IMG/VR virus record: IMGVR_UViG_2568526633_000001
Reading direction: 5' to 3' (one strand)
Origin: an uncultured virus (IMG/VR IMGVR_UViG_2568526633_000001)
Lineage: Duplodnaviria > Heunggongvirae > Uroviricota > Caudoviricetes
Length of the DNA: 20,000 nt
Part shown: piece by piece, positions 1-9,355 of the stretch
Layout: each line of letters starts with the position of its first letter
How positions within the stretch are numbered: the stretch's first letter is position 1
Position numbers and translations under genes: made by a program
Notes under the pieces: model-generated
Told to the model about the DNA's origin: nothing
The model's input: the letters and a program-made list of their open reading frames with translations, nothing else
Databases searched by the model: none

Positions 1-1
1 A

Positions 2-238
2 CTAGCCCTTGATGAAATCATCTGGCTGATTACTTTGTTGGCCAATCAGTCCATCAAGATTCATAACTTGAAAAACAAGGATGACAAGAAAGACGAACTC
101 ACGACTGAGTATGTGGAGCTATTGACCTCGCCACTGGAACTAGCTGAATACAAATCAGCAATCACCGAAGCAATGTTCAAGGGAACTGCTCGGAACATTG
201 AGAGTGAGATTGAAACAAAAAACAAAGCAGGCGAGTAA
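2..238 (+). CDS. Tail assembly chaperone (gpG-like), 5'-partial
   Basis: Frame is open from position 2 (LALDEIIWLITLLANQ...ETKNKAGE*); lies upstream of the TMP; ends with a slippery heptamer. Confidence 0.8.
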   Translation, partial: LALDEIIWLITLLANQSIKIHNLKNKDDKKDELTTEYVELLTSPLELAEYKSAITEAMFKGTARNIESEIETKNKAGE

Positions 239-263
239 GTGACGTTGAAACATTTACTCGCCT
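217..263 (+). other. Programmed -1 ribosomal frameshift signal
   Basis: In-frame A AAA AAC at 217-223, a 5-nt spacer, then a 13-bp stem AGGCGAGTAAGTG (229-241) / CATTTACTCGCCT (251-263) with one G-U pair and a 9-nt loop. Confidence 0.85.
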
Positions 264-426
264 TTACTATTACGGAACAGTGCAAATGGGCATGACACCA
301 GATGATTTTTGGTTTTGCCCACTTGGACTGTTTCTTGATTTATGGGAATGCCATAAGCAGTTCGCGGGCATCAGCAAGCCAAAGGTTGAGATGTTCATTG
401 ATGATGTGATTCCAAGTGGGATTTAA
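223..426 (+). CDS. -1 frame extension of the tail chaperone (gpGT-like C-terminus); absent from the ORF track
   Basis: The -1 frame reads QSRRVSDVETFTRLYYYGTVQMGMTPDDFWFCPLGLFLDLWECHKQFAGISKPKVEMFIDDVIPSGI* with TAA at 424-426. Confidence 0.8.
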   Translation, partial: QSRRVSDVETFTRLYYYGTVQMGMTPDDFWFCPLGLFLDLWECHKQFAGISKPKVEMFIDDVIPSGI

Positions 427-434
427 TTGATAGT

Positions 435-464
435 TTGTGTTTAAAATATTCCAAGTGTTATAAT
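435..464 (+). promoter_or_regulatory. Sigma-A-type promoter for moron 1
   Basis: TTGTGT (435-440), 18-bp spacer, extended -10 TG-T-TATAAT (456-464); RBS AGGAGG at 491-496. Confidence 0.7.
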
Positions 465-503
465 TTATATATGTTATTGAAGAGATTCTGAGGAGGCTAT
501 GCT

Positions 504-1148
504 ATGGATTACAAACTTTTTCAGGAACATAGAGAAACTAAGTACGGCATTCATTTAGTTGAAGAAACTTCACTTGATACGCTTGTGTATTCGATTGTTC
601 ATTTGAATGATACCGGAAAAGTAATTGTAGCAATTGCAATGAATCCAAGAGGCAATAAACCGATAAGCGAGGAAGAAAATCGTATAAATAATGCGAATTC
701 TCAAAATGTTACTAAGTTGGAGCCAACTAGAAGAACCGCACTGTATCGTTTTTCTGACTTATTCGGATATAAATCTTTCAAAGAATTAATTCAGGTAGAT
801 ATTTTTTCCAAACGAACAATTCAATCCAAGCAATTAGATTATGAAATTCGGAATGCTGTCGATAGAACTGAATTAGATAGATTGATTGGATTCAATAACT
901 ATGAAACTATAAAAGCGGAAGTTGAAAAAGCTGACTATGTTTTACTCGATTGGGGAGCAGGTATTCCATGGGAAAAATTTAGTGACTATAGAGATGAGTT
1001 ATATCAACTTTTTGAAAATAACTTTGAAAAATGTTTTTGGTTTGGAGCAACATCTGATGGATCCCCTAAACATCCAAATTTCCATGGGGAAAAAAGACTA
1101 CAAAAAATAGAAAAATCTGAGCTAAAAAGAATTTTCTACAAAAAATAA
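504..1148 (+). CDS. Moron 1: DUF1643-like protein (214 aa)
   Basis: AT-rich gene with its own promoter and terminator; motifs IAMNP, ADYVLLDWG and FGATSDGSPKHP resemble the DUF1643 pattern (LNPS...AWG...G-P-HP). Confidence 0.6.
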   Translation: MDYKLFQEHRETKYGIHLVEETSLDTLVYSIVHLNDTGKVIVAIAMNPRGNKPISEEENRINNANSQNVTKLEPTRRTALYRFSDLFGYKSFKELIQVDIFSKRTIQSKQLDYEIRNAVDRTELDRLIGFNNYETIKAEVEKADYVLLDWGAGIPWEKFSDYRDELYQLFENNFEKCFWFGATSDGSPKHPNFHGEKRLQKIEKSELKRIFYKK

Positions 1149-1160
1149 AACATGTCGATT

Positions 1161-1184
1161 AAGACTGCGTAGGCGGTCTTTTTT
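1161..1184 (+). terminator. Intrinsic terminator after moron 1
   Basis: AAGACTGC-GTAG-GCGGTCTT followed by a T run. Confidence 0.75.
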
Positions 1185-1215
1185 CATGCTTAAAACAGGA
1201 AGGGGGTGAGGTTTA

Positions 1216-3776
1216 ATGGCAGATAACTTTGGCTTAAAGATTGGAGTTGAGGGGGAGAAGGAGTTTAAGAACTCTCTTCGTGAAATCAACCAATCCTTCA
1301 AGGTGCTCGGCTCAGAGATGAAGTTGGTATCCTCTGAGTTCGATAAGAATGACAAAAGCATTCAGGCGGTTTCTGCTCGAAATGCAGTCCTCAATAAGTC
1401 GATTGATGCTCAGAAAGAGAAAATCACGACACTTGAAAGTGCCCTTAAAAACGCCTCAGACAGCTTTGGCGAAAACGATAAACGAACCCAGAACTGGGCA
1501 ATCCAACTCAACAACGCCAAGGCTCAGCTTAATGGCATGGAGCGTGAACTTGCGACCAATGAGAAGGCACTCGACTCCATGGGGCAAGAAGAGGTGGACG
1601 TCACCAAAGAAACGGATAACCTTGGCAATGAACTCAAGGATACAGGTGATGAGGCTGAGAAGTCTGGAGGCAAGTTCGAGAAATTCGGTGGCGTTCTTAA
1701 AGGCATTGGTGCAGCCATGGGAGCCGTGGCTCTTGCAGCCGGTGCTGCCGCAATTGAATTAGGCAAACAAGTGGTATCAGCTTATGCCGACTATGAACAA
1801 TTAGTCGGCGGGGTTGATACCCTTTTTGGTGATGCATCAAAGACAGTTCAGAAATCAGCGGATAATGCCTTCAAGACTGCAGGGATGTCCGCCAACGAGT
1901 ACATGGAAACTGTCACAGGTTTCTCTGCAAGCTTGATCCAGTCACTCAACGGAGATACGGCAAAAGCTGCTGGTGTCGCTGACCAAGCCATCACCGACAT
2001 GAGCGATAATGCCAACAAAATGGGATCGAATATGTCTGACATCCAAAATGCGTATCAAGGTTTTGCTAAGCAGAACTACACTATGCTCGACAACTTGAAA
2101 TTAGGTTATGGCGGGACAAAAGGTGAGATGGAACGACTGCTTGCTGACGCAGAGAAAATCACAGGCAAGAAGTATGACCTTTCCAACTTTGCGGATGTGA
2201 CCGAAGCGATTCATGTCATCCAAACTGAAATTGGCATCACAGGAACGACTGCCAAAGAGGCGACAGAAACCATCAGCGGTTCGATTGATGGCATGCAGTC
2301 GGCAATTTCTAACCTCATGGCAGGACTCGGAAATGCTAATGCAGATATTGGCTCACTCATTGGAAATGTGGTCGAGTCATTCCAAAATGTGCTCAAGAAC
2401 ATCATTCCTGTCATTGAAAATATCGTCTCCGCCTTGCCTGCGATGATTGATGCGGTCATCGGGGCAATTGGTCAGTTATTGCCAACCTTGCTCGAGGCAG
2501 TGACCTCATTGTTTTCTCAAGTTTTGCAGACGATTTTAGGCCTACTACCGACCTTGATTCCCGTGGTGGTTCAAGCCGTCTTAACGATTGTGCAAACATT
2601 GATTGAGAATCTGCCACTCCTTATTAATGCCGCCTTTCAGTTAGTAACGACACTCATTCAAGGTATCGGGGAGGCTTTACCTGAGCTTATCCCGATTACC
2701 ATTCAAGCCATTATCACCATTGTGAATGGTTTGATTGAGAACTTGCCGTTACTCCTTGATGCGGCTCTCCAACTAATCATGGGACTGGCTCAAGGGTTGA
2801 TTACGGCTTTACCGATTTTGATTGGTGCTTTGCCACAGATTATTACGGGAATCGTGAACTTCATTATCAGTTCTATCCCCATCATCATCCAGACAGGTAT
2901 TCAACTATTACCTCGTTGGTATCGGCATTACCTGATATCATCAATGCGATTGTGGCAGCCATTCCGGTGATTATTCAAAACATTTTGAATGCGGTGATTG
3001 GGGCAATTCCTCAGCTGATTGATGCAGGTATTCAACTCTTAGTTGCTTTAATTGGTGCTTTACCACAAATCATCACGACCATTGCGAACGCTCTGCCTTA
3101 GATTATCAATGCCATTACAAGCACCTTGGTTGGGAATATCGACAAGATTATCCTTGCCGGAGTGCAACTATTAGTAGCGTTGGTTCAGAACTTGCCGGCC
3201 ATTATCTCGGCAGTTGTGAAGGCAGTCCCTCAAATTATCACAGGACTCGTGAATGCCTTTGGGGAGTACATCTCCACAATGGGAAATATTGGTCTCAACC
3301 TCATCAAAGGCATGTGGAATGGTATCGCTGATGCAGCGGGTTGGCTTAGAAGTAAAATCTCAGGGTTCTTCGGTGGCGTGGTAAACAGTATCAAGGATTT
3401 CTTTGGTATTCACTCACCATCAACTTTGTTCCGAGATGAAATCGGGAAGAACATGGCGCTAGGGATTGGCGTTGGTTTCGATAAGGAAATGACGGGTGTG
3501 GCGAAAACCATGCAAGATGCCATTCCAACGAAGCTTGATATGCCAAAATTTGATATTGATACAGGTATCCATACAGCAATTGATAGCACCTTCTCCATGC
3601 TTGATTTAGGAGCGAAGGTGGACGCACTTACCAATATTACGACTGAGATGTTCCCAGCACTCCTCAAAGCAATGGATATCAAGATTACCCTTGATGATGG
3701 AACGCTTGTTGGTCGCTTAGCTCCTGAAATTGATAAGAGCTTAGCTGTTTTGAAACGTAGAAATTATGCCTACTAA
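1216..3776 (+). pseudogene. Tape measure protein, disrupted (frameshift at ~2910, in-frame TAG at 3099-3101); about 853 aa if restored
   Basis: N-terminus MADNFGLKIGVEGEKEFK, LP-II amphipathic repeats, C-terminal FFGIHSPS motif; the fragments 1216-2970, 2916-3101 and 3126-3776 join seamlessly after adding one A and reading TAG as CAG. Confidence 0.9.
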
Positions 3777-3810
3777 TTAAGGGGTAAAAGCGCCATTTTT
3801 TATTTTGATG

Positions 3811-3816
3811 TATAAT
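3811..3816 (+). promoter_or_regulatory. Putative -10 box for moron 2
   Basis: Perfect TATAAT in an AT-rich intergenic region upstream of RBS GGAGAG and ATG 3850; no clear -35. Confidence 0.5.
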
Positions 3817-3849
3817 TTAAATACATGAAATCGGAAACGGAGAGTTATT

Positions 3850-4371
3850 ATGGGGAATATTATTGATAATGTCATGGGGCATATTACTCCAATTGACAAA
3901 AAAGAAGTTGATGAATTTAAATTGCTTGTATCAGAGGAGGCATTTCTGACAGAAAATCGTGACAAAATCACGTTTTCAGAAGGATTCCCACCGGAATTAG
4001 CAGGAGCAATTAGCGGTTTGGGTGCTGGTGCTGTTGGAGTAGGGTTTGTGTTTGCCGCATTTGCCGGAATGAGCGGAGCGGAGATTATGGCGGCGCTTGC
4101 TGGATTTGGAGTTGCCGGAGCAGTTGGAGGAATCGCAAGTATTGCTGCTGTAGTGGCTGCGCCTATCGTTATAGTTGGTGGAGGTGCGTTCCACATTGCC
4201 AATCAGAATAAACTAGGTCATGAGTTAGAACGACTGTTTAAAGAATCAATCAAATTTGAGAAACAACTTGCCAATGACGAAAGAGAAAATGTTAGAGGCT
4301 TGATTCTAGCTACAAACGAATATCGTAAAAAGCTTGCTAATAAGCATCATAATTTGAAGAAGTATGTTTAA
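3850..4371 (+). CDS. Moron 2: hypothetical protein with a Gly/Ala-rich hydrophobic (glycine-zipper-like) core
   Basis: 173-aa ORF between TMP and Dit; a ~65-aa almost uncharged GxxxG-rich segment flanked by charged regions; own -10 box and terminator. Confidence 0.75.
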   Translation: MGNIIDNVMGHITPIDKKEVDEFKLLVSEEAFLTENRDKITFSEGFPPELAGAISGLGAGAVGVGFVFAAFAGMSGAEIMAALAGFGVAGAVGGIASIAAVVAAPIVIVGGGAFHIANQNKLGHELERLFKESIKFEKQLANDERENVRGLILATNEYRKKLANKHHNLKKYV

Positions 4372-4392
4372 ATGTGCTTCATAATAATAACC

Positions 4393-4417
4393 AAAGATCG
4401 CTTTGCGGTCTTTTTTT
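4393..4417 (+). terminator. Intrinsic terminator after moron 2
   Basis: AAAGATCGC-TTT-GCGGTCTTT followed by a T run. Confidence 0.7.
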
Positions 4418-4439
4418 ATGCCCAAAAGGAGGTGGTAGC

Positions 4440-5132
4440 TTGAATGCGTTTATTTTAGATGGAACAATCAACTCACGGACTGACCTTGGACTTCGCATCA
4501 CACAAGTTCCTGTGATTCCAACAAGTGAACGAGTGATTGAAAACATTGAGGTGGATGGACGAGAAGGAGATTTGACCTTACTCAAGGGTTGGAAGGATAT
4601 GACGTTTAATCTGAAAGCCGTCATCTGGGCAAAGGATGTGTGGACGGTCTGGCGAAATATCTCTCCACAAATCCTAAACGCCAAGACCATTAGCTTTTCA
4701 AACGATCCGTCAGTCTTTTATAAAATGAAAACCATTCAGGCGAGTGGGTTAACGCAAGTGCTATCGACCATGTGGGAGTTTGAGCTTGAAATTACCTGCT
4801 TGCCATTTCGTTATAAAGTAGGCGTTCCGCTCATCAATCGAACCTCATCTGGAACGGTAACGAATAGTGGTAACGTCTTTTCACTGCCACGAATCAAGGT
4901 CTATGGCAGTGGTACGAGGACACTAACGATTAACGGCAAACCTATCGTGCTCAACCTTCAATCAGAGTATTTGATTATCGATAGTGAACTGAAGGAATGT
5001 TACTACGGAGACGTGGCAACAAATAATCTAATGACAGGTGATTTCCCTGAATTTCGAGTGGGCTCTAATACGGTCACGCTAGGAACAGGTATCACCAAAG
5101 TCGAAATCGAACCGAGGTGGCGATACTTATGA
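4440..5132 (+). CDS. Distal tail protein (Dit)
   Basis: TTG start after RBS AGGAGGTGG; motifs VDGREGDL and GDFPEFRVGSNTV...IEPRWRYL; located between TMP and Tal. Confidence 0.85.
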   Translation: MNAFILDGTINSRTDLGLRITQVPVIPTSERVIENIEVDGREGDLTLLKGWKDMTFNLKAVIWAKDVWTVWRNISPQILNAKTISFSNDPSVFYKMKTIQASGLTQVLSTMWEFELEITCLPFRYKVGVPLINRTSSGTVTNSGNVFSLPRIKVYGSGTRTLTINGKPIVLNLQSEYLIIDSELKECYYGDVATNNLMTGDFPEFRVGSNTVTLGTGITKVEIEPRWRYL

Positions 5133-8100
5133 TGATTTTATATGAGAAAACTGAATCAAGCTTCAATCATAATGGTCTCGCTGTCCTTGATGATGCTGTT
5201 GTAAGCCCTGTTGTTACCGAACAACTCAATGGGCTTTTTTCTTTGGAATTTGACTATCCCATTCATGCTAAGGCGAGCGACAAACTTCGACCAGAGATGA
5301 TTGTGAAATGCCCTGTGCCTGAACTTCAAGACCAACTCTTTCGAATCGTAGAACGTGATGATTCCATTGGTGGTCTTTTGCACATCGTGGCGCACCACAT
5401 CTTTTACGACTTAGCAAAGAACCTCATTGAAGACACCTATATCGTCAACAAGAACGGTAGCGGAGCATTAACTCAACTCTTGGGGGCAACGGCAGTCGGC
5501 CACTCATTTACTGGAACTTCCAACATCACAACCGTCAATAACGTTCGCTTGGTGCGATTAAATCCAGTCGAAGTCTTGATTGATGCAGATTTGGATAATG
5601 GCTATCAAGTGCATTATGGCGGGGAGATTGTTAGGGATAATTTCTCGATTTCTATGCTTGTCCACCGAGGGAGTGATAATGGTGTTCAGATCCGAGACAA
5701 GAAGAATCTGACAGGCTACAAGTCTGATTTGGACTATTCGTCTATCGTCACTCGCATCATGCCAGAGGGCTATGATGGCTTGTTCTTGCCTGAAAAATAT
5801 GTCGATAGCCCACTCATCAGCAGCTATGTCAGTCCGAAAATTAAGGTCATAAAATATGACAACGTCAAAGTCGGTGATGAAGAAGGCGAGTTTGCGACCA
5901 AGGAATTGGCTTATGCGGAACTCAGGCGACTCGCAGCACTTGAATTTACGGTATCTCATATTGATAAACCGACTGCGACCTATGATGTGGAATTTGCCCC
6001 ACTTGAGCGAACGGAGGAATACAAGGAGTTTTCAAGTCTTGAGACGATTAATCTTGGGGATACTGTTTCTGTCATTCACGCAGATGACGGCTTTAGTGTG
6101 ACCGCTCGAATGGTTGAGTATAGGTATGACCCCATTTTGAAAGCATTCATTTCTATCACGCTTGGGAACGTCATGCCGAAATTCACCGATGTGGCAAAGG
6201 ACATCAAGAAAGTCGATACCAAGGTTGAACAAGCCAAGGATGATGCCAACTACGCCTTGACTGCGGCTAACGGCAAGAATACCAACTTCTATGGTCCGGA
6301 TACGCCAGCCAATCCAAAGTTAGGAGACGTTTGGTACAAAGAGAATGGCGACAAACTTGAAATGTGGGTTTATGAAAGCCGTGATGGTGTGACTCAGTGG
6401 TATGCCTTAGCCAATGACCTGACAGCAGAAGAAGTCAAACAAGCAGTTGCTCAAGCTCAGGAAGAATCAGCTGATGCGCTTGAAAAAGCCAATAATGCCT
6501 TTGATGAAGCAGTGAACGCTTTGGAAAATGCAAATCAAGCCAACTCAACGGCAAATTCTGCCAGCCAGCTCGCTGATTCAGCGTTTAACAAATCAGTGAA
6601 ATCGTCAGTAGTCACTTATGCGGTTGGGACAAGTGGAACTACTGCCCCAACGTCAGGGTGGCAAAGCACCGTACCATCTGTTTCTTCAACTCAGTACCTG
6701 TGGACGAGAACTGTGTTTACACTTCAAGATAACTCTGCCACAACTTCATACTCGGTTTCAAAGCAAGGCACAAAAGGGGACAGAGGTGATACAGGGGCCA
6801 CTGGAGCAACCGGTGCAACAGGTAGCCCTGGTACTCCGGGGCAAAACGCACCAACGATTACGTCAGTTCGAGAGCAGTTTTACCTCTCGACTTCAAATAC
6901 CAGTCAAACAGGAGGATCGTGGTCAAATACCATTCCTACTTGGTCGAGTGGCAAGTATTACTGGACAAGAGTGGTGACGACTTATTCGGATAGCTCAACT
7001 ACAACCTCAACGGCAGTTCTTGACCAAGGGTTGAATCAATCCTTGGTATCAGCTCTTGAAGCAAAGTCTGTTACTGAAACCTTAACCACTACCGTAAATC
7101 AGCATGCCACAAAAATTGAACTGGCTGCGACCAACATTACCAACCTTCAAGGACGAATGACGACAGCCGAGTCGACACTCACCGTTCAGGCAGGTCAGAT
7201 AGCTGCCAAAGCGAGTCAAACTTCGGTGGATAGCTTAACCGGCAGAATCTCAAGTGCCGAAGCAAGTCTGACGGTTCAAGCAGGGGAAATCGTATCAAAG
7301 GCAAGTCAAAGTTCCGTTGATGCGTTGACAGGGAGGGTGACATCAGCCGAAACATTGATTCAACAAACCTCCGATACCATGCTTTTGAAAGTCTCTGAAC
7401 TCCAAGATGAAATCGGTATTCCTTTCAAAGTCAAGAATTGGGAACAAGGGTCACTTAGCACGAGTGATGGTTCAGAGATAACTGCTACTAACTATATCCG
7501 CTCAGAGTTCATCGATGTGGAGTCGGGTGATAAGTATATTGCTCAACGAAGAGATGGGACATCAGTTACGTTTTACTATCACTTTTATGGTTTCACTTTA
7601 CCCTATGTGGACTATGTGCCAGCTGCCAAGCAGTATGTCGAGAAGTTAGCAGTTGGAACGTATGACAACACCACAATCCTTGATTACCTCAATTCGAAAA
7701 ATGTGGAGACTTTGTCTATCACAGGCTCAGTAACATCAAACCCATATGCCTCGGCTGAGGACTATCTGGCAATTTACAAATTACCTTTAGACGGTCGAGT
7801 TTTTCCGAACACCATCACTTGGAATGGACGAAAAGACACGTCCGACAATATCGTCCTACTTTACATCGGTGGTGTGTGGGAGCAGATTGATGTGGTAACA
7901 AATAGTAGTAACGCTATCCACCAATGGACATTATCTGATTCACAGATTGCGGGTATGCCAACGGATGCGATTTATATTGCCTTCTTTTCTATCAAGAACG
8001 GCTCGTATGCGGGGATTTATAATGCGACCACTTCGCCATTTACCCTGAACCCGATGGACGAGTTAGCTTATGTACAAGTTTCCTATCAAAGCTCATCAAG

Positions 8101-9181
8101 TACCGTGACCGTTCCAAGCAATGCCCTCAAGATGAGGGTGCGAGTGAACACCACGACTAAGCCTGATGATTATGATGGGAATGTTTTCTCAGCTACAGCA
8201 AGGGCGGATTACTCCAAAGCCAATACTGTCTATTCAGCAATTCTCATGCAAAAGGACATCATCAACCTTCGAGTTGGAAAAGGGGATGTGATTAACCAAA
8301 TCAACCTCTCCCCTGAAAGCATCTTGATCGCCGGAAATAAAGTCCATATCACAGGGGAAACCACCATTGATAGTGGAATTATCACATCAGCAATGATCGG
8401 GAGTGCAGCCATTACCACAGCGAAGATTGCGGATGCGGCTATTACAAGTGCGAAAATCGCCAGTCTTGATGCAGGGAAGATTACGACAGGAACGTTGTCT
8501 GCTAGTCGCATAGCTGCAAGTTCTATTACGGCTGATAAGCTTGCAGCCAATATACTCACAGCGATTACAGCAAGTAATTCCATCCGAATCACAGGGACAA
8601 CCATTGGCTATTACTCAGGAAGTACACTCGTCACAGAAATTAACTCACAGGGAATGACCATTAGACGTGGTGGAACAACAGTCGGAACGATTGGAGCGAA
8701 TAACATCAGTGGTCATAGTGATTGGCGAGGTTTGGTGTTTGACCTTGAATATGGGACAGAGTACATGGCTTGGGCGCACATGGATAGTTCAGGTGCGAGT
8801 AGCTACACGACCAAACTAATCTGGTACTCTCGGACACTTGAAACCAACAAGGAGAAGGGATTTCATTTTGATGATGATGTCTGGCTTAACGGCACGATTA
8901 AATTATCAGGTGGGCATACGATTAGCCTGAATGGCATCACCTTCAGTTCGTCACTTTATACCCGAATTGGGAATAGTGGTGGTAGTGCAGGGATTGCTTT
9001 TAACGGCTCTAATTTATTCCTTGGGGATGATGGTACCTGGGTTGACTTTGGTATCATCCGTGAAATCTGTAAAAAGCTTGCTGGAAGAACGATTGCCTTA
9101 CCAACTGGTTTTAACAGTAATGGGACGGCCAGTGGTTGGTATAATGCTCAGTCGTTTAACCCTATGACAACATATTCATAA
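5129..9181 (+). CDS. Tail-associated (Tal/endopeptidase-like) and receptor-binding protein, ~1350 aa
   Basis: ATGA overlap with the Dit stop; N-terminal prophage tail endopeptidase-like region (EQLNGLFSLEFDYP...GGEIVRDNF), collagen G-X-Y stretch, YLWTR/YYWTR modules, coiled-coil repeats, VINQINLSPE and ITxAKI repeats. Confidence 0.88.
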   Translation: MMILYEKTESSFNHNGLAVLDDAVVSPVVTEQLNGLFSLEFDYPIHAKASDKLRPEMIVKCPVPELQDQLFRIVERDDSIGGLLHIVAHHIFYDLAKNLIEDTYIVNKNGSGALTQLLGATAVGHSFTGTSNITTVNNVRLVRLNPVEVLIDADLDNGYQVHYGGEIVRDNFSISMLVHRGSDNGVQIRDKKNLTGYKSDLDYSSIVTRIMPEGYDGLFLPEKYVDSPLISSYVSPKIKVIKYDNVKVGDEEGEFATKELAYAELRRLAALEFTVSHIDKPTATYDVEFAPLERTEEYKEFSSLETINLGDTVSVIHADDGFSVTARMVEYRYDPILKAFISITLGNVMPKFTDVAKDIKKVDTKVEQAKDDANYALTAANGKNTNFYGPDTPANPKLGDVWYKENGDKLEMWVYESRDGVTQWYALANDLTAEEVKQAVAQAQEESADALEKANNAFDEAVNALENANQANSTANSASQLADSAFNKSVKSSVVTYAVGTSGTTAPTSGWQSTVPSVSSTQYLWTRTVFTLQDNSATTSYSVSKQGTKGDRGDTGATGATGATGSPGTPGQNAPTITSVREQFYLSTSNTSQTGGSWSNTIPTWSSGKYYWTRVVTTYSDSSTTTSTAVLDQGLNQSLVSALEAKSVTETLTTTVNQHATKIELAATNITNLQGRMTTAESTLTVQAGQIAAKASQTSVDSLTGRISSAEASLTVQAGEIVSKASQSSVDALTGRVTSAETLIQQTSDTMLLKVSELQDEIGIPFKVKNWEQGSLSTSDGSEITATNYIRSEFIDVESGDKYIAQRRDGTSVTFYYHFYGFTLPYVDYVPAAKQYVEKLAVGTYDNTTILDYLNSKNVETLSITGSVTSNPYASAEDYLAIYKLPLDGRVFPNTITWNGRKDTSDNIVLLYIGGVWEQIDVVTNSSNAIHQWTLSDSQIAGMPTDAIYIAFFSIKNGSYAGIYNATTSPFTLNPMDELAYVQVSYQSSSSTVTVPSNALKMRVRVNTTTKPDDYDGNVFSATARADYSKANTVYSAILMQKDIINLRVGKGDVINQINLSPESILIAGNKVHITGETTIDSGIITSAMIGSAAITTAKIADAAITSAKIASLDAGKITTGTLSASRIAASSITADKLAANILTAITASNSIRITGTTIGYYSGSTLVTEINSQGMTIRRGGTTVGTIGANNISGHSDWRGLVFDLEYGTEYMAWAHMDSSGASSYTTKLIWYSRTLETNKEKGFHFDDDVWLNGTIKLSGGHTISLNGITFSSSLYTRIGNSGGSAGIAFNGSNLFLGDDGTWVDFGIIREICKKLAGRTIALPTGFNSNGTASGWYNAQSFNPMTTYS

Positions 9182-9193
9182 TGGGAGGGAACA

Positions 9194-9355
9194 ATGGAAA
9201 ATGAAGAAGAATTAGTGGTTTTGCCACATGTTGAAACAGTCGAAGAACCTGAATCATGTTCTACAGATATGGTCGAACTATTGACCTTGGTCGTTGATGA
9301 CCTCTGCGTGCAAGTCGGGAAATTGAAGGAGGAACTCAAGAATGCTAAAGATTAG
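9194..9355 (+). CDS. Small acidic hypothetical phage protein (53 aa); absent from the ORF track
   Basis: RBS GGAGGG then ATG; MENEEELVVLPHVETVEEPESCSTDMVELLTLVVDDLCVQVGKLKEELKNAKD*; fills the gap and overlaps the next start. Confidence 0.7.
   Translation: MENEEELVVLPHVETVEEPESCSTDMVELLTLVVDDLCVQVGKLKEELKNAKD

Noticed and set aside
2900..2920. Programmed frameshift or phase variation in the TMP
   Set aside because: No slippery heptamer or homopolymer tract; it looks like a simple 1-nt deletion.
3099..3101. Amber stop-codon recoding in the phage
   Set aside because: A single instance that co-occurs with a frameshift; TAG is used as a normal stop at 9355, 11134 and 17348.
3777..4202. Minus-strand and alternate-frame ORFs in the track (e.g. 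3777-4202, 8230-8604, 14785-15165, 1349-1762)
   Set aside because: They are shadows of well-supported + strand genes and have no recognisable motifs.
4374..4439. Longer ORF-track starts for Dit (4374), lysin (10145), small gene (11580), LSR1 (11827) and hsdS (18732)
   Set aside because: Downstream starts have properly spaced RBSs; the longer versions run through terminators, upstream genes or the RBS itself.
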